From Candidatus Micrarchaeota archaeon (lineage in GTDB: Archaea > B1Sed10-29), in assembly GCA_964388265.1 (NCBI GenBank), contig CAYLXZ010000013.1:1-19292 (forward strand): 19,292 nucleotides of DNA. The letters are read 5' to 3'. The translations under genes and the position numbers were made by a program. The stretch's first letter is position 1; each line of letters begins with the position of its first letter. Under the pieces are notes generated by a model. It did no database searches. It was not told where the DNA came from and saw nothing but the letters and a program-made list of their open reading frames with translations. This document shows, piece by piece, positions 1 to 7,873 of this stretch.

Positions 1-1518
1 TTCTGTGGGTGGTGAGGTTTCTAGTGGTCATGAGTTTGTTTCTGTGGTTTCTGGTTCTTTGGATGTTGGTTCTGGTGGTGTTGTTAGGGGGAATGGTCGT
101 GGTAATGGTTCTGTTGGTTTGGTTGATGTTTCTGATGGTGTTTGGGTGAATGGTAGTTTTGTTGGTAATTATAATTTTTCTGTTGGTGGTGATTTTGTTT
201 TGAGTGAGGGTGGTAGTGTTTCTGCGGATAGTTATGGTTTTGGTTCTGGTGGTGGTCCTGGTGCTGGTTGTGATGGTGATAATGGTGGTGGGGGTGGTTT
301 TGGTGGTCGTGGTGGTGTGAGTAGTAGTGGTGCTTGTGGTGGTTCGGTTTATGGTAATGTGAGTTGGCCTGTTTCTGTTGGTAGTGGTGGGGGTGGTTCT
401 GATGGTGGTCGTGGTGGTGGTTGGTTAGGTTTCTTTGTTGGTGGTGAGTTTGTGTTGGATGGTGTTGTTTCTGTTGATGGGGGTAGTGTTGATAGTGGTG
501 CTGGTCCTGGTGGTGGTTCTGGTGGTGGTGTTGTTGTTAATGCTAGTGTTTTGAGTGGTGGTGGTAATGTGTCTGCTGATGGTGGTTATGGTTATCAGGA
601 TGGTGGTGGTGGAGGTGGTGGTGGTAGAATAGCTGTTTATGGTGATAATAGGAGTAGTGTTCAGGGTAGTTTCTTTGTTCGTGGTGGTGGTGGTTATGAG
701 GAGGGTGAGGCTGGTTCTGTTTTTCCTAGTTGGTTGCATTGTGATTCTGGGAATTTGAGTTCTGTTTGTGGTGTTAGTGATGGTCATTGGGTTCGGGGGT
801 TGAGTGGTTCTGGTGATTTGGTTGTTAATGATTCTGGGTTCCTTCATAGTGGTTTTAATGTGTCTTTGGATATGGGTGGTGAGGTTTCTGTGGGTGGTGA
901 GGTTTCTAGTGGTCATGAGTTTGTTTCTGTGGTTTCTGGTTCTTTGGATGTTGGTTCTGGTGGTGTTGTTAGGGGGAATGGTCGTGGTAATGGTTCTGTT
1001 GGTTTGGTTGATGTTTCTGATGGTGTTTGGGTGAATGGTAGTTTTGTTGGTAATTATAATTTTTCTGTTGGTGGTGATTTTGTTTTGAGTGAGGGTGGTA
1101 GTGTTTCTGCGGATAGTTATGGTTTTGGTTCTGGTGGTGGTCCTGGTGCTGGTTGTGATGGTGATAATGGTGGTGGGGGTGGTTTTGGTGGTCGTGGTGG
1201 TGTGAGTAGTAGTGGTGCTTGTGGTGGTTCGGTTTATGGTAATGTGAGTTGGCCTGTTTCTGTTGGTAGTGGTGGGGGTGGTTCTGATGGTGGTCGTGGT
1301 GGTGGTTGGTTAGGTTTCTTTGTTGGTGGTGAGTTTGTGTTGGATGGTGTTGTTTCTGTTGATGGGGGTAGTGTTGATAGTGGTGCTGGTCCTGGTGGTG
1401 GTTCTGGTGGTGGTGTTGTTGTTAATGCTAGTGTTTTGAGTGGTGGTGGTAATGTGTCTGCTGATGGTGGTTATGGTTATCAGGATGGTGGTGGTGGAGG
1501 TGGTGGTGGTAGAATAGC
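1..1518 (+). repeat. Intragenic direct repeat, period 885 nt (295 codons); copies at 1-633 and 886-1518
   Basis: By eye, 1-633 is identical to 886-1518. The copies diverge after AGAATAGC (TGTTTAT vs CATCTAT). The first copy is cut by the window edge. Confidence 0.95.
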
Positions 1519-2014
1519 CATCTATTATGGGAATGTAAGTTGTCCTGTGTGTAGTTTCTCGTTTGTAGGTGGTAGTGGTTATGAGGATGGTGAGAATGGT
1601 ACTGTTTATCCTTATGTGCCTTGTAGTGTTTCTAGGGTTTCTGATCCTTCTCCTAGCGGTGGTGAGAATGTTTCGGGTGCTGATGTGGTTTTGAGTGTTA
1701 ATGTTTCGCATCCTGAGAATGAGTCTATGAATGTGTCTTTCTTAGATTCTAGTGGGGGGGTTATAGGTGATGTGGTTGATGTGGGTGATGGTGAGGTTAA
1801 TGTTACTTGGTCTGGTTTGGGTTCTGGGTCTTATAATTGGAGTGTGAATGTTTCTGATGGTTCTAATGTGGTTTCTGGTGGTCCTTGGAGCTTTGAGGTC
1901 ACTGAAGAAGAGGAGGATGTGATTGTGGCTAAACCGGTTTCTGCAAGCGGTTTTGGCCTTATCTTAGTTTTCTTTGTTTTCGCTGTATCTCTTCTGCTGT
2001 ACTACAGGAGATAG
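1..2014 (+). CDS. Large glycine-rich cell-surface (glyco)protein, 5'-truncated by the window; C-terminal beta-rich (Ig-like) domain and transmembrane anchor
   Basis: Frame is open from the window start to TAG at 2012-2014. Repeated GGGSGG..V.A..L.G.G.VSA.GG.G...GGGGGGGRIA motifs and many N-x-S/T sequons. Ends in an acidic linker, SGFG, a hydrophobic helix and YYRR. The GTG at 5 is probably not the real start. Confidence 0.8.
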   Translation, partial: SVGGEVSSGHEFVSVVSGSLDVGSGGVVRGNGRGNGSVGLVDVSDGVWVNGSFVGNYNFSVGGDFVLSEGGSVSADSYGFGSGGGPGAGCDGDNGGGGGFGGRGGVSSSGACGGSVYGNVSWPVSVGSGGGGSDGGRGGGWLGFFVGGEFVLDGVVSVDGGSVDSGAGPGGGSGGGVVVNASVLSGGGNVSADGGYGYQDGGGGGGGGRIAVYGDNRSSVQGSFFVRGGGGYEEGEAGSVFPSWLHCDSGNLSSVCGVSDGHWVRGLSGSGDLVVNDSGFLHSGFNVSLDMGGEVSVGGEVSSGHEFVSVVSGSLDVGSGGVVRGNGRGNGSVGLVDVSDGVWVNGSFVGNYNFSVGGDFVLSEGGSVSADSYGFGSGGGPGAGCDGDNGGGGGFGGRGGVSSSGACGGSVYGNVSWPVSVGSGGGGSDGGRGGGWLGFFVGGEFVLDGVVSVDGGSVDSGAGPGGGSGGGVVVNASVLSGGGNVSADGGYGYQDGGGGGGGGRIAIYYGNVSCPVCSFSFVGGSGYEDGENGTVYPYVPCSVSRVSDPSPSGGENVSGADVVLSVNVSHPENESMNVSFLDSSGGVIGDVVDVGDGEVNVTWSGLGSGSYNWSVNVSDGSNVVSGGPWSFEVTEEEEDVIVAKPVSASGFGLILVFFVFAVSLLLYYRR

Positions 2015-2033
2015 GTTTTTCTATCTTTCTTTT

Positions 2034-2240
2034 TTATTGAGGGGTTCTGGGTAGTCCTCTCTTTCCATGGCTCATTACCTTCCTTATATTCTTTAGTTGA
2101 GGTCCTCTTTCGCAGTTACTGCATAGATCTGTTTTGGGGTTATAGTGCTGTGAGCAGACTCTTGCTCCGCATGACCGGCAAGAGTTTAAATGGCGAGAAG
2201 GTTTATTACATATATCGCATAAACCGGTTAATTCACTCAT
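2034..2240 (-). CDS. Small Cys/His-rich putative zinc-binding protein
   Basis: CDIC-x8-CRSC-x4-CSQH-x7-CSNC pattern (8 potential ligands); fills the gap between the flanking genes. Confidence 0.65.
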   Translation of the reverse strand: MSELTGLCDICNKPSRHLNSCRSCGARVCSQHYNPKTDLCSNCERGPQLKNIRKVMSHGKRGLPRTPQ

Positions 2241-2255
2241 AGGGATCTGGTAAAA

Positions 2256-3362
2256 ATGAATCTTTCATCCTATAAAATATTTTCCATATTCGGGATAGAC
2301 GTTGAGCTTCACTGGAGCTTTATTCTATTCATGATAGCTTTTCTGTTTATTGACCCGTCTTTCTCTCTGGTTATAATGATTATATTTATATTTGTGACTT
2401 TACATGAGGTTTCTCATTCCTTGGTGTCCAGATCACATGATGTGGAGGTTAAGAAGATTCTCCTGTTACCCATAGGTGGCATGGCTATGATGGACACCAC
2501 GGATATGGATCCTTGGACCGAGATAAAGATGGCTTTAGCGGGCCCAGCGCTTAACTTCGTGGCAGCAGCCTTGTTGTTTGTTTTGATCTCTCTAGCGGGT
2601 TTCCCTATATTGGAATGGTTCTCCAGCTTCTGGGCCGACCCCGAGTTCTCATTGCCACTCGCCGAGATGCTGGTGTTCTACGCCTTCTACGCTAACATAG
2701 CGCTCGGAACATTCAATCTACTCGTTCCAGCTTTTCCTCTAGATGGGGGCAGAGTCTTCCGAGGGCTTCTGGCAATGAAGTACCCTTACCTCAGAGCAAC
2801 CAACATAGCTAAATACGTTAGCTACAGCATCTCGATTGGATTGTTCTCTCTAGGTGCATTAGCCTTATTCTCAGGAGCAGGAGGAATGTGGATAATGATA
2901 ATAGCTCTATTCATAGCTCTAGGAGCAGCAGGAGAATACAGAGGACTCGTAACCCATACCTCGCTATCCAGGATAGATCTCAAGACACTCATATCCCAGA
3001 ACTATCCTACCCTCTACCCAGAGGAAACCGTTGAAGAAGCAGTGGACAGAGTGATGATTTCACACAGATCAAATGGACTGATAGTTGATGGAGAACCAGG
3101 AGTAATAGATATAAGTAAATTAAAGAAACTAGATAAAGATAAATGGAGCAATACACAGATATCCGAGATCAAGAAACCAGTCAAATCCTTTGAAATAAAT
3201 GAAGACGCTGAAAAAATCTTCAAGTACATTCAATCCACAGGACTGAATCCAGTTCCCATAGTGGAGAAAGGGGAACTAATAGGTACTGTCTACATGTCCG
3301 ACATACAGAGAGTTATGGAAATGATGAAGCAGGTAGGTGGAATCAATGAACCAGGAGATTAA
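2256..3362 (+). CDS. Site-2 protease (M50 family) with C-terminal CBS-domain pair
   Basis: HEVSH zinc motif, LLPIGG, AGPALN and FNLLVPAFPLDGGR, several TM segments, and a CBS-like C-terminus (PTLYPEETVEEA...VPIVEKGELIGTV). Confidence 0.92.
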   Translation: MNLSSYKIFSIFGIDVELHWSFILFMIAFLFIDPSFSLVIMIIFIFVTLHEVSHSLVSRSHDVEVKKILLLPIGGMAMMDTTDMDPWTEIKMALAGPALNFVAAALLFVLISLAGFPILEWFSSFWADPEFSLPLAEMLVFYAFYANIALGTFNLLVPAFPLDGGRVFRGLLAMKYPYLRATNIAKYVSYSISIGLFSLGALALFSGAGGMWIMIIALFIALGAAGEYRGLVTHTSLSRIDLKTLISQNYPTLYPEETVEEAVDRVMISHRSNGLIVDGEPGVIDISKLKKLDKDKWSNTQISEIKKPVKSFEINEDAEKIFKYIQSTGLNPVPIVEKGELIGTVYMSDIQRVMEMMKQVGGINEPGD

Positions 3363-4206
3363 GAAAACCTTTGAAGACATCAAGTCAATGAGGATCCAAG
3401 GAGCAACCGATGTAGCACTCGAAGCCGTGAAAGCACTTAAACACGTGGAGAGCGAAGAAGAACTAGAAGAGGCAATACAGTACCTCGAAGGATCCAGACC
3501 CACCGAACCGATGATGAGGAATGGAATGAAGTACGTTAAAGAAAACTACGAAGAGGGAAACATAGAAGAAAAGGTTAAAGAATTCGAAAACCTAGTGAAT
3601 GAATCAATAAAACAGATAACTCAGAATGGAGTGGAGTTCCTACCTGAAGAAGTCACAGTGATAACACACTGCCATTCAGGGTTAGTTGAAAATATTCTAA
3701 CCAAAGCTTACAATCAAGGAAAGCTGGAAAGAGTGATAGTGACTGAAACCAGGCCGAGGTACCAGGGTAGAACAACAGCGAAGAACCTAGCCAGTAAAGA
3801 TATACCAGTAACCATAGTGGTTGACTCGGCTAGAAGAGAGATGGTGGAAGAAGCAGACCTAGCTCTAGTAGGAGCGGACGTGATAACCAGCGACGGTCAC
3901 CTAATCAACAAGATAGGAACCCACGAACTATCACTAGCTATCGAAGAAACCGACAAAGAGTTCCTAGTAGCCTCAGAACTACTTAAAATAGATCCAAAGA
4001 CTCTGAAAGGAAAAAGAGAAGAAATAGAGCAAAGGCCTACGGAAGAAGTATGGGAAAACCCTCCAGAAGGAGTAGATGTGGCTAATCCAGCATTCGACTC
4101 AACACCACCCGACCACATAGACTACGTAGTCACAGAAGAAGGAATTATAAATCCATTCAACGTCATAAATAATGTAAGAAGGATATATCCATGGGTAATG
4201 GAGTGA
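3346..4206 (+). CDS. e2b2: Ribose-1,5-bisphosphate isomerase (eIF2B-like family)
   Basis: RIQGA, SRPTEPMMRN, THCHS (catalytic Cys), ETRPRYQG, GAD, NKIGT and NPAFD motifs; lies next to AMP phosphorylase. ATG 3346 preferred over GTG 3337 because AGGTGG then acts as the SD. Confidence 0.88.
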   Translation: MNQEIKKTFEDIKSMRIQGATDVALEAVKALKHVESEEELEEAIQYLEGSRPTEPMMRNGMKYVKENYEEGNIEEKVKEFENLVNESIKQITQNGVEFLPEEVTVITHCHSGLVENILTKAYNQGKLERVIVTETRPRYQGRTTAKNLASKDIPVTIVVDSARREMVEEADLALVGADVITSDGHLINKIGTHELSLAIEETDKEFLVASELLKIDPKTLKGKREEIEQRPTEEVWENPPEGVDVANPAFDSTPPDHIDYVVTEEGIINPFNVINNVRRIYPWVME

Positions 4207-4216
4207 ACCTGTTAAA

Positions 4217-4567
4217 ATGACTAAAGAATTAATCGAAACGGACAAAGGAGCCGCTCTAGGCTATAAAATAGATCTCCCTAACGCTAACTTCCTACTCGTA
4301 GAAGCAGATCTAGGTTACATCGCCTGCGGGTACTTCAACCCAGATACAATAGAACAAAAAGACGACATAGCAGTGATAATAACAGGAGTAAACACATTCA
4401 AGGAACTACTAAGAGAACAACCCTCATACGTCTCACCAAAAGCCCGAGACCTAGGGATAAACCTCAAGATGACGGGAAAACAATGCCTGAATAAAATGAT
4501 AAAAAGCGAAGAAAAAAACCTAGACGAACTCATCAAAGGGGGGGAGACAGATGAGATACAAATTTAA
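4217..4567 (+). CDS. DUF1805 / YunC-like protein
   Basis: GYIACGYFN, ITGVNTFKELL and ARDLGINLKMTGKQCL match the DUF1805 pattern as I recall it; in-operon position. Confidence 0.8.
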   Translation: MTKELIETDKGAALGYKIDLPNANFLLVEADLGYIACGYFNPDTIEQKDDIAVIITGVNTFKELLREQPSYVSPKARDLGINLKMTGKQCLNKMIKSEEKNLDELIKGGETDEIQI

Positions 4568-6104
4568 AGTAAAACCCCTTGACTTCTCCACAGGAGCAAA
4601 AGAAGTCATGGTGCTCCATAAAGAAGACGCAGAAGAAATGAACATCTCCGTAATGGACAGAGTAGAAATAAGCAAAGACGGAGGAAAAAAAGAAGTAGCT
4701 ATAGTGGATCTAACCGAAGAACAGCTAGAAGAAGGGCAAATAGGAACCTTCTCACGATTAACAAATCAACTGGACCTAGAAGAAGGACAAGAAATATACC
4801 TAGAGCCAATAGAAAAACCCAAGTCAATCAACTACATAAAGAAGAAGTTAGAAGGAAAAGAACTAAGCGAAGAAGAAACCTATTCAATAATCGAAGACGT
4901 CATGGAAGACAAACTAAGCGACATAGAGATGGCATCCTACGTAACAAGCCTATACACCCGAGGAATGACCGAGCAAGAAACAGTAGATTTCACAGAATCA
5001 ATAATAGAATCTGGAGACACGCTAGATATAAATAAAGAGCAGATAGTGGACAAACACTGTATAGGAGGAGTACCAGGGAATAGAACAACCATGATAATAG
5101 TTCCCATAATAGCGGCAGCCGGACTAACAATACCCAAAACAAGTTCAAGGTCAATAACCAGCCCAGCAGGAACTGCAGACACGATGGAGGTACTCAGCCC
5201 AGTCAGCCATGAAAAAGAAGAAATAGAAAGAATAGTAGAAAAAACAAACGGATGCATGGTATGGGGAGGAGCAATCAACCTCGCAGCAGCAGACGATAAA
5301 CTAATAAGAGTACGTCACCCCCTGAGCATTGACCCGAAAGGAGTTCTCCTAGGATCAATACTAGCGAAGAAAAAGGCAGCCGGAGCATCTATAGTACTCA
5401 TCGACATCCCAATAGGTAAAGGAGCAAAGCTTAGAGATAAAGAAGATGCTGAAGAACTCTCCGAAGACTTCATGAGACTAGGAACAAGACTCAACATGGG
5501 AGTGAAATGCATCGTGACACCTGGCTACGACCCAGTTGGCTCAGCAATAGGACCAGCACTAGAAGCAAGGGAAGTGCTCAGGATACTCGAAGGTCAAGAC
5601 GTATCCAGAGACCTGAAAGACAAATCAATAAAGATGGCAGGAATACTTCTAGAGACATCAGGAAAGGCTAAAAGAGGCCAAGGAGTACACATGGCTAAAG
5701 AAATACTTGAATCAGGTAAGGCGGAAGAAAAAATGAGAGAAATAATAAAAGAACAAGGAGGAAACCCAGATATAGAACCAGGTGACATTGAAATAGGTGA
5801 ACATTCAAAAGAAATACACGCAGAAGAATCAGGAAGAATCCAGTACCTCAACACAGATCTATTATCTGAGACAGGTAAATTAGCAGGTGCACCCAAGGAC
5901 AAAAAAGCAGGAATATACCTCGAGGTGGAGAAGGGAGATAAGATAGAGGAAGGAGATAAGATAATGACAATCTACTCGAGCTCACAGAGAAAACTAGACT
6001 CTGCGGTTGAATTCTACGAAAACAACAAGCCAATAGAGATGCATGAAACAGTGCTAGAAGAGTACTCTACTGAGAAGAAGCCAGTAGTGCGCGATTTGAC
6101 TTAA
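4551..6104 (+). CDS. deoA: AMP phosphorylase (archaeal thymidine phosphorylase family)
   Basis: DKHCIGGVPGNRTT, PKTSSRSITSPAGTAD, SILAKK and GAPKDKKAG motifs; about 517 aa with the N-terminal extension typical of AMP phosphorylase. Confidence 0.93.
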   Translation: MRYKFKVKPLDFSTGAKEVMVLHKEDAEEMNISVMDRVEISKDGGKKEVAIVDLTEEQLEEGQIGTFSRLTNQLDLEEGQEIYLEPIEKPKSINYIKKKLEGKELSEEETYSIIEDVMEDKLSDIEMASYVTSLYTRGMTEQETVDFTESIIESGDTLDINKEQIVDKHCIGGVPGNRTTMIIVPIIAAAGLTIPKTSSRSITSPAGTADTMEVLSPVSHEKEEIERIVEKTNGCMVWGGAINLAAADDKLIRVRHPLSIDPKGVLLGSILAKKKAAGASIVLIDIPIGKGAKLRDKEDAEELSEDFMRLGTRLNMGVKCIVTPGYDPVGSAIGPALEAREVLRILEGQDVSRDLKDKSIKMAGILLETSGKAKRGQGVHMAKEILESGKAEEKMREIIKEQGGNPDIEPGDIEIGEHSKEIHAEESGRIQYLNTDLLSETGKLAGAPKDKKAGIYLEVEKGDKIEEGDKIMTIYSSSQRKLDSAVEFYENNKPIEMHETVLEEYSTEKKPVVRDLT

Positions 6105-6721
6105 TCTTCTACCTTTTCTGCTTCTTTCAAGTGCTCTCTTATCAGGCTAGGGAAAGCTTCCGCGTCTATGTACCGGATTCCCCATTCCTTGGACCAATTC
6201 TCTATTCCTTCATCTTTAGCCACTATTCCTCCTTCCAGCTCCTTAGCTAATAGTAGCACGCTTAAGTCTTCCGTGGAGTCTATAATTCCCTTCCTCAGTG
6301 CAACTCTGTATTTGTCTCTAAGTTCACTTATCACTTCTTCTACAGGTTCTGGCCCTTCTTCAGTTTTTGTAACTGCTTTCTCTGCCTCTCTTAATCCTTT
6401 GTTTATGTTTTCCCGTAGTTCTAGCACGTATTGGTATATGAACTCTGCTGGTACTTTGAGTTCAGCTTTGCTGGGTGATTTCTGGATTAGCCAGGAGTTC
6501 AGTTTATTTATCAGTTCTTGATCCAGGTTTTTGTTCTCTAGCATTCCTTCCATTTCTTCCCATACACTTGGAGGCGTGTAGCAGGTTATGTTGGCTTTTT
6601 TAGCTTTTGATATGAGTTCTACTAGTGTCTTTATGTTTTCTTCTATTTCTTCTCCGGTTTCACCTGCTGCTGTGAATGCTGAGGTGTCTAGGACGAATCT
6701 TTGTTTCTTGAGTGTGGTCAT
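6101..6721 (-). CDS. RNA-free ribonuclease P (HARP, UPF0278, PIN fold)
   Basis: RFVLDTSAFT, YTPPSV, NINKGLREAE, LRDKYRVALRKGIIDSTEDL and DEGI motifs of the Aquifex Aq880/HARP family. Its stop codon overlaps the deoA stop (TTAA, 6101-6104). Confidence 0.9.
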   Translation of the reverse strand: MTTLKKQRFVLDTSAFTAAGETGEEIEENIKTLVELISKAKKANITCYTPPSVWEEMEGMLENKNLDQELINKLNSWLIQKSPSKAELKVPAEFIYQYVLELRENINKGLREAEKAVTKTEEGPEPVEEVISELRDKYRVALRKGIIDSTEDLSVLLLAKELEGGIVAKDEGIENWSKEWGIRYIDAEAFPSLIREHLKEAEKVED

Positions 6722-6751
6722 TCTTTCACGTTTTACCTAATTCACTTGTTT

Positions 6752-6780
6752 CTTTTAAGTTTTACGTTAGATTTTTTAAG
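6752..6780. promoter_or_regulatory. Back-to-back TATA-like boxes for HARP (-) and 5S rRNA (+)
   Basis: TTTTTAAG at 6773-6780 lies about 20-28 nt upstream of the 5S start. CTTAAAAG on the minus strand at 6752-6759 lies upstream of the HARP ATG. Confidence 0.5.
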
Positions 6781-6800
6781 GGGCATGAGAATAATTAACT

Positions 6801-6916
6801 GCTTGGCGGCCATAGCGGAGGGGCCACACCCGGACTCATTCCGAACCCGGAAGTTAAGTCCTCCAGCGATCTGTTGAGTACTACTATTCAGTGGGAAACG
6901 CAGTACGCTGCCAAGC
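6801..6916 (+). rRNA. rrf: 5S ribosomal RNA (not linked to 16S/23S here)
   Basis: Terminal helix GCTTGGCGGC/GCTGCCAAGC; conserved CATAGC, CATTCCGAACCCGGAAGTTAAG, GAGTA and GGGAAA elements; followed by a T run. Confidence 0.97.
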
Positions 6917-6981
6917 TTTTACTCATCTCTCTATTCTTATTTTGGGTAAGAGTTATCAATGTTCTCTGGTTATAATTATAT

Positions 6982-7045
6982 GTACCGTGATGAGGACACC
7001 AGGCTGATTGATTCCATGAAATTGATTTTGAGTTCTGAACGGTAC
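6982..7045 (+). ncRNA. Box C/D methylation-guide sRNA
   Basis: Terminal inverted repeat GTACCGT/ACGGTAC; perfect box C GTGATGA (6987-6993); 10-nt guide; D' CTGA (7004-7007); degenerate C' ATGAAAT (7016-7022); 12-nt guide; box D CTGA (7035-7038). Upstream TATA-like TTATCAAT (6953-6960) and downstream T-rich tract. Confidence 0.85.
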
Positions 7046-7062
7046 CTTCTTTTGATGTTTTT

Positions 7063-7266
7063 CTAGCTGGCGGCGTCTTTAACTATTTTTATGAATAGAA
7101 CTACTGCGAGTAGGTAGAGTGGCCACCAGAATATCTCAGTTCCTTTATAGTATGCTCCGAAGAAGCCTCCTAGGATGAATATAATTAAGGTATAGCTTGC
7201 CATGAAGAAAAGCAGATCTTCTATCGCATCGAATATATCTTCGACTACCTTTCCTAGAATGCCCAT
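7063..7266 (-). CDS. Small hypothetical membrane protein (2 TM)
   Basis: 67 aa with two hydrophobic segments; follows 7288-7734 after 21 nt on the same strand. Confidence 0.6.
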   Translation of the reverse strand: MGILGKVVEDIFDAIEDLLFFMASYTLIIFILGGFFGAYYKGTEIFWWPLYLLAVVLFIKIVKDAAS

Positions 7267-7287
7267 GTTTTATTTTTTGTACTGGCT

Positions 7288-7734
7288 TTAATAAAAGCTT
7301 TCTGTGGCTTCTTCCATTGCTGGTTCTTTTTCTTCGAGTTCCTTTATTTTTTCTTTGAGTTTTCTGTTCTCTTCTTCCAATCTATCTATTTTTTTAAGGA
7401 TCTCTGAGTTTTCTTCTAGCTTGCATAGCTGTTCGTTTGCTTTTTTAAGTCCTTCATGTAGGTCTACTACTCCGTCGTTGCTTGTTTCAGGTTCTGTGTC
7501 TTGTTGTTCTTGTATTAATCTCTTACTTTCGTTTTCTATGTTCGTTCCTCCGTTGCTGTCGGTTTCTATTACTTCTTCTCCTTCTGATTCGCTGTTGGGA
7601 TCGTGGAGTATTTCTGCTCCGTCTTCTCCACTGTACTTATCTTTTATTTCTTCTTTTTTTTGTTTCTGGGCTTCTGCTATTTTCTTTTGGGCTTCTTGTT
7701 CGTATTTTTTCATTATCTTATTCATCAGCGGCAT
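7288..7734 (-). CDS. Hypothetical charged, low-complexity protein with C-terminal coiled coil
   Basis: GGTGA SD upstream, A-rich coding strand, heptad-like LEEENRKLKEKIKELEE, and a palindromic CCTTTATAAAGG TATA candidate at 7796-7807. Confidence 0.7.
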   Translation of the reverse strand: MPLMNKIMKKYEQEAQKKIAEAQKQKKEEIKDKYSGEDGAEILHDPNSESEGEEVIETDSNGGTNIENESKRLIQEQQDTEPETSNDGVVDLHEGLKKANEQLCKLEENSEILKKIDRLEEENRKLKEKIKELEEKEPAMEEATESFY

Positions 7735-7873
7735 TTTTTCACCTTCGTCACCGTTGTTGAACCTCTTTTGGTTCGTGTATAAATAAACAAAAAAGCCTTT
7801 ATAAAGGTTTTCCTTGTTTTGTGCTATTGCTCAGACTGTTTGGGTTTTGTCGCTTGGTTTTCCATTGGTCTTT

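Noticed and set aside
1..1518. GGT microsatellite-like runs or a CRISPR-like repeat
   Set aside because: They are poly-Gly codons inside a CDS; there is no repeat-spacer structure.
425..1711. Thr-rich minus-strand ORFs (425-916, 1310-1711) and the +frame ORF 804-1034
   Set aside because: Shadow frames produced by GGT/GTT codon runs in the surface-protein gene.
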